Positions 44,543 to 64,000 of a DNA stretch of 64,000 nucleotides are shown here, piece by piece. The stretch is from the human T2T-CHM13v2.0 reference genome, Homo sapiens. Position numbers and translations under genes: made by a program. The DNA is taken from NCBI RefSeq assembly GCF_009914755.1, contig NC_060938.1; one strand, given 5' to 3'. The notes under the pieces were generated by a model. That model was not told the DNA's origin, ran no database searches, and saw only the letters and a program-made list of their open reading frames with translations. Every line of letters begins with the position of its first letter. Position 1 is the first letter of the stretch.

Positions 44543-44846
44543 GTATAAGGGTCACATCATACACAAAAGAGAACACCCATCTCTACAGGAGTGCCGGCTC
44601 CAGAGTCTTCGGGGTCTCAGAGAAGACCCAGAAACAAGGTCTCCACGAATTAAAGCACCATCAGGAGAGAAAGACCATCCGGATATAGTCAATCAGTGCG
44701 AGGCAGCCACATACACAAGTAACCCTTGTTTAAGCGTCAGTGTACGCATTTTCGGTTACATCTTATACGGCACTATGTACGTGAGTAACGCTTAGCTTCA
44801 GTTTAAAAAATACAAGGACGGACACTGATTAAGAAAAGCAATTTTT

Positions 44847-46720
<1,874 letters not shown>

Positions 46721-47149
46721 TTTGGCTTCAAGAAGTCAATCTCAGACAGTCTAGTTTGTTCAGCTTGCATGAATTTTAAGGTATTTTAAGAGCACTTTTC
46801 TTTATATTTTGATAACATTTATTTCTTAAAATTACAAATGCAGTATATTCTGGTTTTGAAATCAGTTCATAGTAGGAGATGTTCAAACAAAAGAATAACC
46901 AAACAACCAAGTAAATTACTGAGTCGATCATGGGAGCCACCATTTTTTCTCCAGCCTTTTTTTTTTTCCAGAATGCCTTTTCCTACCAGATTTTATATAA
47001 TTTAATGTTATCCCTCCCCCCAAATAATTTTTAATAAAAATCAAAAAGAACCACCATCACTGTTTACAACTTGTTTTTTAAAAATATTGAAAACCACCCC
47101 CTACCTCCACCCTCCACTTCCAATCCCCCAGGAGTAACTAGTAGTAACA

Positions 47150-49450
<2,301 letters not shown>

Positions 49451-49480
49451 GTTTTCAAATAATTTGTGCTTTATTTTATT

Positions 49481-49512
<32 letters not shown>

Positions 49513-49933
49513 TTTTTCTTGCTAGAGACAGGGTCTTGCTCCATTGCCCAGGCTGGAGTGCAGTATCAGAATCTCAGCTCAGTGCAGCTTTGACATCCTG
49601 GGCTCAAGAAATCCTCCCACCCCAGCCTCCAGAGTAGCTGGGACTGGGACTACAAATGCATACCACCTTGTCCAGCTAATTGTTATTTACTTTCTTCTAC
49701 TTTATTTGGAATTAATTTACTGGATATTTTTCTTCCTTTTTTTTTTTTTTTTTTTTTTTCGAGACAGCCTAGGCTGTCGTCTAGGCTGCTGGAGTACAGT
49801 GGCACAATGACAGCTCACTGCTGACTTGACCTCCCTGGGCTCAGGTGATCCTCCCACCTCAGCCTCCTGAGTAGCTAGGACCACAGGCATGCACCACCAT
49901 GCCCAACTAATTTTGTATTTTTTGTAGAGATGG

Positions 49934-50309
49934 TGGTGTGGTTTGGCCGTGTCCCCACCCAAATCTCATCTTGAATTGTAGTTCCCATGATCCCTGTGTG
50001 TCATGGGAGGGACCCAGTGGGAGGTAATTGAATCATGGGGGCGGTTACCTCCATGCTGCTGTTCTCAGGATAGTCAATGAGTTCTCACAAGAGCTGATGC
50101 TTTTATAAGGGGTTTCCCCCCCTTTTGCTCAGCACTTCTTCCTGCCCCCATGTGAAGAAGGACTTGTTTGCTTCTCCTTCCACCATGATCGTAAGTTTCC
50201 TGAGGCCTGCCCAGCCCTGCGGAACTGTGAGTCAGTTAAACCTTTTTCCTTTATAAATTACGCAGTCTCGGGTATTTCTTCATAGTAGCGTGAGAACAGA
50301 CTAACATAG
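49934..50309 (+). mobile_element. THE1 MaLR LTR inserted in an AluJ (49735-50423)
   Basis: tggtttggccgtgtccccacccaaatctcatcttgaattgtag...gagaacagactaa; the Alu resumes on both sides. Confidence 0.88.
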
Positions 50310-50532
50310 ACGTGGTCTCACTATGTTGCCAGGGCTGGTCTCGAACTCCCTGGGCTCAAACGATCTACCCACTTCAGCCTCCCCAAGTGTTGGGATTACA
50401 GGTGTGAGCCATCTCACCCTGCCTCCTTTCGACTTCTCGAGATGAATATTTATCTCACTGATTTTTTTGGCTCCTCTTCTTTTCCATTATAAAAAATGTG
50501 AAACTGAAATTTGCCCCTAAAAATGGCTTTAG

Positions 50533-50876
<344 letters not shown>

Positions 50877-50919
50877 AACTTGTTTTTCTTTCTCACTGGA
50901 GCTGGTTCCAGATTAGATC

Positions 50920-51990
50920 TGGTCGGACCCGGCAGGCACCTGGCGGGCACTGTGCGGGCAGGGAACCAGGGAGAGCAGGAGGGCGCGGGTCCGGGCCAAG
51001 GCTGGCGGGGGTCGCCGCGGCGCGACCGCCTCCTCCGCCCCGGCTCCGTGGGATGCGCGTCCGCCCTCCCAGGCCCCTTCCTCCCGCCCTCCCCCCGCCC
51101 CCCGTTTTCCTCCCCTCCCCTCCCGACCCGCCCCAGGCCAGACCCCCGCGCGGGTCCTCGCCCTCCCAGGACCCTTCCTCCCTCCCCTCCCCTCCCCGCC
51201 GCGTCCCGGACCCTGCGGGCTGGTCCCGCGCCCCGCCAGGGCTGCCGGGGTGTGCTGCTGGGGAGCGTGGAGTGGGCAGGACCACGCTGGACACGCAGTT
51301 CGCGTGCGGCCGCTCCCCGAGCAGTGCGCGGCGTGGGCGGAGGAGCGGCTCCGCGAGGAGATCGAGGCGAACGCGGCGCCCGCGTTGCTGGAGGTCGTGG
51401 ACGCGGCGGGCGCCGAGCACCTGGTCACGCTCCAGGACCTGGACATCCGCCACGGCGACGGCTCCGCGGTGCTCCCGGGCGTGTGCAGCGAGGCCTCGTT
51501 CCGGGCCGTGAGGCCGCCGAGCAAGCGCCTGCGCCGGCCGTGGGAACCCGGGGCCGTCCCGCGGGTGCTGGTGGGCACCCAGGCCGACCCGGACGACGGG
51601 CGCCAGGTGCTGACGGCGCGGGGCCGCGAGGGGCGCTCCCCGTTCCCGGAGGTCATGGCCAAGAACCAGCGGATGGTGGACCGGGTGTTCATGCAGGCGG
51701 TGCGCGAGACGGAGGCCTTGGTCCCGCCCGAGGAGGAGGTGGAGTGTTGGGAAGTTTTCTGTTGTCCCCTGGACTCCATCCAGAAAAAGATGGCCCTGGT
51801 GGCAGCCTCGAAGCGCGGGGAGGGAGGCTAGGACTGGGGCCGCGTCGGGAACTGAGCCTGCCGGGACGCTTCTAACCCGCGCGCGGCCTCGAGTCCCTCC
51901 GGTGCCCAGGCCTTGTTCCCCAAGACCCACGGGTGCAGAGCAGAAGCGCGGCCCCAGCGCCCGAGGCCTGAAAGCTGTTCTTTACCTTCG
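50920..51990. promoter_or_regulatory. CpG island covering the Rap-like pseudogene and its upstream GC-box/C-rich tract
   Basis: Dense CpG; ccgccc and cctcccc runs at 51060-51235. Confidence 0.85.
51237..51831 (+). pseudogene. RAP2CP1: Disabled intronless Rap2-like small GTPase gene
   Basis: Reconstruction across two -1 frameshifts (~51270, ~51316): GVLLGSV/GVGRTTLDTQFACGRS/PEQC..EEIEANAAPALLEVVDAAGAEH..LQDLDIRHGDG..VPRVLVGTQAD..RQV..PFPEVMAKNQRMVDRVF, colinear with RAP2; no ATG, no CAAX; symbol is recalled from locus context, not verified. Confidence 0.85.
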
Positions 51991-52118
51991 CAGCTTTCCA
52001 AGTTACTATAATAGGTAAAAGGCAAGGGCTAACGTCTTAAGTATTTAATCGATTTCCTTATGCAGATTCTGCACTCGTAATTACTAAACGTGAGAGCCCA
52101 GGATGAACTATTCGGTGC

Positions 52119-54889
<2,771 letters not shown>

Positions 54890-54921
54890 CTAGGACAGAC
54901 AGACGTGCACATTTTTGGGTT

Positions 54922-55523
54922 CTCTCTTCCCCTAAACCTCCTGAGGTAATCTGTGAAAATGATTCGCTATTCACTTAACCCGGAAAACCCCACAAAATCA
55001 TGCAAAGAGGTTCAAATCTTCGTGGTCACCTTGGAACACTTGTGAAACTGCCCAGGCCATCAGGGGTATGCATATATGAAAAGCCACTAAGGATCTGAAA
55101 GATGTCACTTTACAGAAGCAGTGTGTGCCATTCCAACGTTACAGTCAGGGAGTTGGTAGGTGTGCCCAGGCCAAGCAGTGGGGCTGGACACAACGTTGGT
55201 GGCCCCAGAAGAGTGCTGAATGCTTGCTGCATATGCTTAACAATGCAGAGAGCAATGCTGAACTGAAGGGTTTAGGTGTAGATTCTCTGGTCATTGAGCA
55301 CCTCCAAGTGAACAAAGCACCTAAGATGTGCCACCAGACCTCCAGAGCTCATGGTGGGATTAACCCATACATGAGCTCTCCCTGTCGCATCGAAATGATC
55401 CTTACTGCGAAGGAACAAATTGTTCCTAAACCAGAAGATTGCCCACAAGAAAAAGATATCCCTGAGGAAACAAAAACTTATGGCACAGGAATAAATTCAG
55501 CACTAAAATAAATGCAATGAAGA
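54922..55523 (+). pseudogene. RPL17: Processed pseudogene of ribosomal protein L17
   Basis: Pyrimidine-rich leader, ATG 54959 (MIRYSLNPENPTKSCK), 4-bp deletion, premature TGA ~55076, [37 protein letters not shown]; AATAAA at the end; intronless; symbol is the parent gene. Confidence 0.95.
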
Positions 55524-56280
55524 GTTTTTTGTTTTTTAAAGTGCACTTCGTGATCTTGTTAACTACCCTGCTCTCGATCACTTCTTCTGAAGGAACTTTA
55601 AGGTTCTTGACACTCCACAGAACAGTGTGCGGGCTCCTGGTAGTGAAGACACCGTGTTAACCCATCTGATGGACAGGAAGTGCTGCTCCCGTGCCTGGTG
55701 ATGGCAGGAAAGGAGCCGCTGCAGCAACTGTGGTCACCGGAAGCTTGGACCCTTCGAGGATAAAGGTCTGAGCCATCCCAGAAACCAACAGCCTAGCCCA
55801 GCTGCGTTGCCGTCCCAGAGTAAGGAGGGTCTAAAATGAGTGGTGAGGAAGGAGGTGAGGGACATTACTCACAGCCTTGAGATCAGCGCCAGGGTGGAGA
55901 CTGTACTTAGACTTGTCCCGCCAACCCCACTGTGTATTTTTGTTTAGAGAGGGTGCAACCAGCCACCGAGGTGAAGAATCAGTCACAGGACAAGGTGGAT
56001 GCGGGGCTGAGTGGATCCGAGTCGTGCAAGCAGCAGGCACAGAGTGGGCCTCTTGCCTCGGGAGCCTTTGTCTCTGCTGCTGGCATTCTCTGGGCAGAGC
56101 TGCCTGCTTGGCCAGGGCCGGAGAGCTTGCATCCCCAGGAACAGCCCACAGGAACCAGTGGCCATGTACCCCAGTTTCCTGAGCCTTGGTGGGGCGGTTC
56201 AGAGGGAGATCCTGACCTGATGCTTTTGAATCTCAGCAACCCTGAGGCCGAATCGCTCCTGCTGTTACTTGATTTGGTTG

Positions 56281-57156
56281 TGTAAACCAAAACTAAAATT
56301 CTAAGCCACCCGACGGACTGAATGGACCCACGGACCCCCTTCTTGGCCAAAGGGACTCAAAGAAACCTGAAAAATTAGTTCAGACCATGATGGGAAGGGA
56401 GGGGTCAGACACGCCTCGTTATAAGCCCTCCTGCCTTTGGAGTTCAGGCACAGCTGACCAGCATTACATTAAAACGGAGACCTTAAGATGGACAAACAGA
56501 CTCTTTGCAGCAATAAGATACCAAAATTCCAACCTGACTCTAATATAGTGTCACATGACAGATAGCAGACCCTGAAGGAAATCAAAGTATTTACCCCAAA
56601 ATATATTTTTGACATGGTCCTGCACAGCTGCCTCTTGTGGGGGAAATTTGCCTTTTTAGAGAAACTCTTTCCCTTACTGGGTCTTTTCCAGAGAGCCTGA
56701 TAATCTTTGAAAGGTCTCAACAGGAAGTATTTGCCATCTATTGCCTCTAAGGGCAGCCACCTATGAGACTCATCTACATAATAAAAACCTTGGTCTTCAC
56801 AACCCCATACCTTATCTGAACCCAGACATTCCTTTCTACTGATTCCAGGTCTTTAGGCAATAACTTAACTCTTTCAACCAATTGCCAATCAGAGCCTTTG
56901 AAGCCACCTGTGATCCATAAGTCCCCTGCTTCAAATTGTCCTGGCTCTCCGACCCAACCACTGTATACCTCATATGTATTGACCGATGTCTTCTATCTCC
57001 CTGAAACTGAAACGTGTAAGGCCAAGCTGTAGACCAACCCCTTGGGGCACGTGTTCTCAGGAGTTCCTGAGGCTGACTCACAGGTCATGGCTCTCACATT
57101 TGGCTCTGAACAAATCTCTTCAAATATTTCACAGAATTTGGCTTTTTCTGTCAACA
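56281..57156 (+). mobile_element. MER4-family solo LTR
   Basis: TGTAAACCAAAACTAAAATTCTAAGCC...GTCAACA; TSD gttg/gtgg. Confidence 0.82.
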
Positions 57157-57489
57157 GTGGTGTGAGCAATTAAGTTCAAAGGGTAGCAACAACTCTATCC
57201 CCTTCAGTTTCTCTGAAACCTCTTTTGCTTCTGTAATAGGAAATGTTTATTTGAAAACGCAAGGAATGACGCACTTGATGTTGTGTATGTTGGAGCAAGC
57301 TGATGGCATAAAATGAGGAGTGGAGGACTATGTCCCAGGGTCTACTAGAATCTGTGCCCTCTAACCTGGAGGAAGATTTTCAGGACCCATACTTGGGGTC
57401 GTTCTGTCTTTACAGAACGTGTCCCAGGCGTGTATGGAAACACACTGGAAACAGAGATCACCTGTGTTTAGGCTCTGACTATATAGCTA

Positions 57490-58469
<980 letters not shown>

Positions 58470-58470
<1 letters not shown>

Positions 58471-59055
58471 AAGAATTTGGAGGCTACGGTTTCTAAAGGA
58501 TGGTTTGACAGGTGGGGCTTAGGAAATGGAGAATGCTGATTGGTTGGTTCAGGGGTGAAATTGCAGGGTCCAGAGCTGTCTTCTTGCTCTGAGTCAATTC
58601 CTGGGTAGAGTCACAGGACTGGGTGAGTCCATTTCTTTGTATGGGTTATGGGTTTGGGCGGCACCAGCTGGTGCCTCAGAATGCAAGTTCTGAAAAATAC
58701 CTCAAACACCAGTCTTTGGTTTTATCCTAATGATGTCATCTATAGAAGCAACTGAGGAAGTTACAAACTTGTGATCTCTGGCTACTTGACTCCAGAACCA
58801 TAATTCTAACCTTGTGGCTAATTTGTTAACTTTACAAAGGTGGTTTTTGTCCCCAGGCAAGGAGGGGGTTCATTTCAGGAAGGAACCGTTATCATCTTTG
58901 TTCTAAAGTTAAACTATAAACTAAATTTCTCCCATAGTTAGCTTGGTCTATGCCCAGGAATGAGCAAAGATGGTTAGCTTGTGAGGGTAGAAGCAAAATG
59001 GAGCCAACTGTCAGGTTTCTCTCACCGTCATAATTTTTGCAAAGGTGGTTTTACC
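58470..59055 (-). mobile_element. LTR8-like LTR fragment
   Basis: Right end tttttgcaaaggtggtttt is the reverse complement of the LTR8-like start seen at 22980. Confidence 0.7.
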
Positions 59056-59574
59056 ACTAGTCTCTAGTTTACATGGAGCTGATGGTGACAAGCCATAGCC
59101 TGGCAGGGGTGGGGGGCAGCTGCAAACTGTGTTCCTCCTTAACACTCGGCGTTGTGGCGGCTGTCCAGCTCCAATTCTGGATCCATTATGTGGCCTCCAC
59201 CGAGATGACTGGCCTCTCTCAGCCTCAGTTTCTCCCTCCTCAGGAAAACGAGGGTGATAATGATAGCGCTTTCCTGGGGAGCATGAGGCAGGCAGCACAG
59301 GCAAAGCTCCATGCAGAATCAGCACTCAATTCAGCGACGGTGGTGGCAGGAGGGGTGCCATCCTCACTCTGTGCTGTGTGGCCCTGGGCTCCTTAGGCCC
59401 CTCTGGACTTTGTTTCCTCCTGATGTATCAAACACAGACTCAGCATCCCGACACCAGCTCCCAAGAGCGTCCAGGGAGTAGGCAGGGGTGAGGCAGCCCT
59501 GGGGCCCAGGGCATGTGAGGTTGTGCTGGGGGGAGGGCCTGGATGCCCTCCCTCTCTGTACTCACGGGGACGCT

Positions 59575-60035
59575 GTGGCGAGGTGAATAAGGGCCCCCAA
59601 AGGTATCAGTTCCTAATCCCTGGAACCTGTGTACGTTACCTTATATGGCAAAGTCTTTGCAGATGGGATTACATTAAGGATTTTAAAGTGGGAGGGGACC
59701 CTGGATCATCCAGGTGGGCCCTAAATCACTTGTATCCTTATGATGCAGGTAGAGGGTGGCTTGCACACAGAGCAGAGAAGGCGATGTGAAGATGAGGCAG
59801 AGATCGGGACTACACAGCCAAGAGCACCAGCAGCCGCCGAATCCGGAGGAGGTGGGGAAGAGGCAGGCTCTACCCTAGACCCCCAGGAGGGAGCGAAGCT
59901 CTGCCGACCCCTTGATTTCAGCCCATTGATACTGATTGCAGGTTCTGGCCTCTGAAACCGTGAGAGAAGACTTTTTTGTTGCTTTAAGCCACCAAGTTTG
60001 TGGTGACTTGTTATAGCAGACACAGGACCTAATAC
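59575..60035 (+). mobile_element. MLT1 MaLR LTR
   Basis: ggcccccaaag..cctaatccctggaacctgtg..gggccctaaat..ttttgttgctttaagccaccaagtttgtgg..ctaataca. Confidence 0.85.
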
Positions 60036-60080
60036 AGACACATGCTGTTCCCAGGAAACACCGTGGCCACCCCCAGGCCC

Positions 60081-60081
<1 letters not shown>

Positions 60082-60139
<58 letters not shown>
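60082..60139. repeat. (CA)n microsatellite, ~29 units
   Basis: Seen directly. Confidence 0.95.
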
Positions 60140-60141
<2 letters not shown>

Positions 60142-60690
60142 CCCCCAGGGCCTGGCCAGAAGAAAGAAGCCCCGCCCTATGGCCCCCCATCACACACAGA
60201 CAGATCCCCTCTGTCCTCTGTAGGCTTGAGTGCCCCAGGGAATACCCAAGCCTGACCTGCAGAGGGAAACTGAGGAGCTGGGCCAGGCCTCGGGGCATCT
60301 CCTGGGGCTGCTGCAGTCCTGAGTGCACCTCCCTGGCTCAGCCCCGCCCGGGGCCGCAGGGGCAGCTCCACCGGCCTCAACCCTAGCAGCCTCCTCCTGG
60401 GTCCCACTGACCCCAGGCTCTAAACAGCCTGTGGCTGTGGCTGCCTGGAGAACCTGGCGATGGGGGGTGCAGACTCCTCCCTTACCCTGGCTTCGTCCCT
60501 CCGTCAGTCTTGCTGACTCACAGACGCTTCTGTTCATTCTAGAGCAATTAATTGCATATCTCTTTTAGATACTGCAATTATCGTTGCCTTTTCTCATATC
60601 TCTTTCCGATTTGTTCCTGGTGTCCCTGGACAATAGCATCTTAGTTTCGATGTAATTTACAATGATTGTGGCCTTATGGATTATGCATTT

Positions 60691-60730
60691 GATACGACAC
60701 TTGATCTTAGCCAGAAGCCCGAGAAGCAAT
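60691..60730 (-). pseudogene. RNU2: 3'-truncated U2 snRNA retropseudogene (first 40 nt)
   Basis: Reverse complement ATTGCTTCTCGGGCTTCTGGCTAAGATCAAGTGTCGTATC vs U2 ATCGCTTCTCGGCCTTTTGGCTAAGATCAAGTGTAGTATC (36/40); flanking repeats ggattatgcatttga/gggttaggcatttga. Confidence 0.9.
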
Positions 60731-60927
60731 GGGTTAGGCATTTGAATCCTGGTATAACAAGACCTTCTCTGCCTGTATCTTACAAAAATTCTTTTACATT
60801 TTCTTCTAGCTTCCTATTTTTACCTTTGACATTTGGAACTTTACTTTCTCTAGAGTCCTGCTTTGTATGTGAGGTTAAGTAAAGATCCATTATTTTCCCA
60901 CTAAGTTAGAGATCCAGTCTTCTACAC

Positions 60928-61256
60928 CAGGTGTTCCCAACCCCCAGGCTGTGGACCAGTACCAGTCCATGGCCTGTTAGGACCCAGGCTGCACAGCAAG
61001 AGGTGGGTGGCAGGCGAGTGAGCATTCCCGCCTGAGCTCTGCCTCCTGTCAAATCAGATTCTCATAGGAGCACAAACCCCATTGTGAACTTCACATGTGA
61101 GGGATATAGGTTGAGTGCTTCTTTTGAGAATCTAATGCCTGATGATCTGAGGTGGGACAGTTTCATCCTGAAGCCATCCCCCACACCCTAGCAGTCATGG
61201 AAAAAATTGTCCTCCATGAAATCAGTCCCTGGTGCCAAAAAGGTTGGGGACTACTG
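60928..61256 (+). mobile_element. MER1 (MER1B-like) hAT DNA transposon
   Basis: Terminal inverted repeats CAGGTGTTCCCAACC / GGTTGGGGACTACTG; perfect 8-bp TSD TTCTACAC. Confidence 0.92.
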
Positions 61257-61287
61257 TTCTACACCATTGCTTAAGAGGCTCACTGCT

Positions 61288-61931
<644 letters not shown>

Positions 61932-63208
61932 TCACAATGCTCGCCCTGCTCCGGCCCCACCCCACTCTGCGGGTGGCTTGCTCCTGTTCCCAAAAGCTGC
62001 TCCTCCGAGGACGCTTCCTAGTGTGTCTTCACATCTGGGATTCCGCGTTTTCAGCTGGCTTAGCTATTTGTGGCTGTAGTCTTTCCTCCATTTTTAGAGT
62101 ATTTACTGAGCTCATCAAAGAACCTGAGTGGTATATTGATAGGGAAGACTTTGACTTTGGATTTGTAGATGACTTGGGCAATATTGTCAGGATTCTGTTG
62201 ACTCACCAGGAGCAGGGTGGGCACCGCAGCACTCTGGTTATGCAGCTGGCCTTGTAGGGGGTAAGCCCCCACCAGCAAAGTGAGTCCGTGGGAGCGGTAG
62301 GGTGTTGGGGCACCTGCACCCCTGAACCATCTCCCTGAGTGAGAACATGCCTCTCCAGGATGCTTTCACCACCAGGAACTAACCAGGTGGTCTTGAGACT
62401 GGTGAACTCCGTGGACCAAACAGAATCCAGGCTCCGAGCCTCTCCCTGGCAAGCCTCTTGCCTTTTGGTTCATGGCAGGAAGCAACACCTCATGTCATGC
62501 TGGGACTGCAGCCCAAGGCAGGAAAGCACCAGCCTTTCTTAGGACCCCATGGGTAGCCCCCAACTTCACCAGCCCCTTTCCTGTGATGTCTCCACACATC
62601 TCTTTGGCCAGAGTCCTGTCACAGCCCAGTCCCACAACGTGGACCTGGGAGGGGCTCCAGGGAGGGGTATGGAGGGGATGAGCCCTCTTGTCCACCCCAA
62701 AAGCCTGGTCACAGTGGGGACAGCAGCAGGTGCAGTCCAGCTCTGCCCATCTCCCAGCTAGAGCGGGAGGGAGGCACCACAGGGCTCCTCTAGTCCTGAG
62801 GAATGAGCATCCTCTGTCCTCCCAAGGCCCAGCCAGGCCAGCTGATATGTGCTGCCCGGGGGCCGGGGTGGGAGCCAACAAACTCCCCCTGACCAGCCAC
62901 TGTCCAGTGGGAAGCTCTAGCCAGACCGTGCTTAGATCTAGGCAGCGGCTCCCCACAGACACAGGGCTCCAAGTAGCCACACTCCAGAGCCTCTCCAGGA
63001 CTTCGAAGAGTTTCGCAAAAGTCTAGGGAGAGAAGGAGCACCAAAGCCTCCTTAGTCACAGCCTCTGGGCCTAATGCACTCCCTTCTGTGGCCAACCTCA
63101 CCTACCCTGTCACCTCAGACTCAGAAGGAGGGCCGCAGAGCCACCTGGACCTGAGCTTCAATTCTCTTAAGGCTCTACCAGGGTGACCCTTCAGCGGAGA
63201 ATCCAGAG

Positions 63209-64000
63209 TGGGGGCTGCATGTGAATGAAGCTCAATCATGGGGGGCTGCATCTGAAGCTCTCAAGCAATGGAGGCTGGATCTGAAACTGTCAATCACTGG
63301 GGGCTGCATGTGAAGCTGTCAATCACTGGGGGCTGTATCTGAAGCTCTCAATCAGTGGGGGCTGCTCTGGGGCTCTCAATCAATGGGGCTGCCTCTGAGG
63401 CTCTCAGTCAATAGGAGCTGCATCTGAGACTCAGTCAATAGGGCCTGCATCTGAGACTCTCAATCAATGAGGACTGCATCTAAGACTCTCAGTCAATAGG
63501 GGCTGCATCTGAGACTCAGTCAATGAGGACTGCATCTGAGAGTCAATCAATAGGGGTTGTGTCTGAGACTTAATCAATGGGAGCTGCCTCTGAGACTCTC
63601 AATCAATGGAGGCTGCGTGTGAAGCTCTCAATCAATGAGGGGTGCATCCGGGACTCTCAAGCAACGGGGGGTACATCTGAGACTCTCAAGCAATGGGGGC
63701 TGCACGTGAAGCTCTCAATCAATGGGGGTGCATCTGAGACACTCAAGCAATGGGGGCTGCATGTGAAGCTCTCAATGGAGGCTGCATCTGGGGCTCTCAA
63801 TCAATGGAGGCTGATTCTGAAGCTCTCAATCAATGGGGGCCGCATCTGAATCTCTCAATCAATGGAGGCTGCATCTGAAGCTGTCACTCAGTGGGGGCTC
63901 CATGCGAACCTCTCAGTCAATGGGGGCTGCATCTGAGACTCTCAATCAATGCGGGCTGCATTTGAGATTTCAATCAATAGGGGCTGCATCTGAGAGTAAT
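63209..64000. repeat. Degenerate ~29-30 bp tandem array (minisatellite), more than 25 copies, continues past the window
   Basis: Consensus ~ggggctgcatctgagactctcaatcaatg. Confidence 0.93.

Noticed and set aside
51250-51831. 193-aa ORF as a functional GTPase CDS
   Set aside because: Non-ATG start; its N-terminus is out of frame with the P-loop; G4 is degenerate and there is no CAAX
50880-51930. Long ORFs of 331, 345 and 288 aa over the second CpG island
   Set aside because: Shadow frames of the GC-rich Rap-like pseudogene with low-complexity translations
63209-64000. CRISPR-like appearance of the ~30-bp array
   Set aside because: Units are head to tail with no unique spacers, and the context is primate DNA with no cas genes

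Overview
Primate (human-like) genomic DNA with no intact protein-coding gene that I can support. It is dominated by Alu, L1 and LTR elements. Main contents: (1) GC-rich unique sequence at 1-5.9 kb with a 21-bp G-rich minisatellite. (2) An internally deleted HERV-K(HML-3)/HERVK9 provirus with two MER9-type LTRs (5988-11475). (3) An ancient minus-strand ERV1 (MER4-group) provirus at 13227-26137 that has become a nest for an RPL21 retrocopy, several solo LTRs, L1 pieces and many Alus. (4) LTR8-like and LTR18/HERV-S elements and a long minus-strand L1MA. (5) Two CpG islands (about 45.2-46.7 kb and 50.9-52.0 kb). The second carries a disabled, intronless, highly divergent Rap2-like small GTPase gene. 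(6) An RPL17 retrocopy, a 40-nt U2 snRNA retrofragment, a MER1 hAT transposon, and a ~29-30 bp tandem array running off the right end. From memory, not verified, this arrangement matches human 14q32.32 between TNFAIP2 and EIF5 (LINC00605, RAP2CP1 and an RPL17 pseudogene). The best lead is that the Rap2-like sequence looks like a lost (unitary) mammalian gene rather than an ordinary processed pseudogene. Repeat subfamily names are by-eye assignments, and boundaries without a stated target site duplication (TSD) are approximate.
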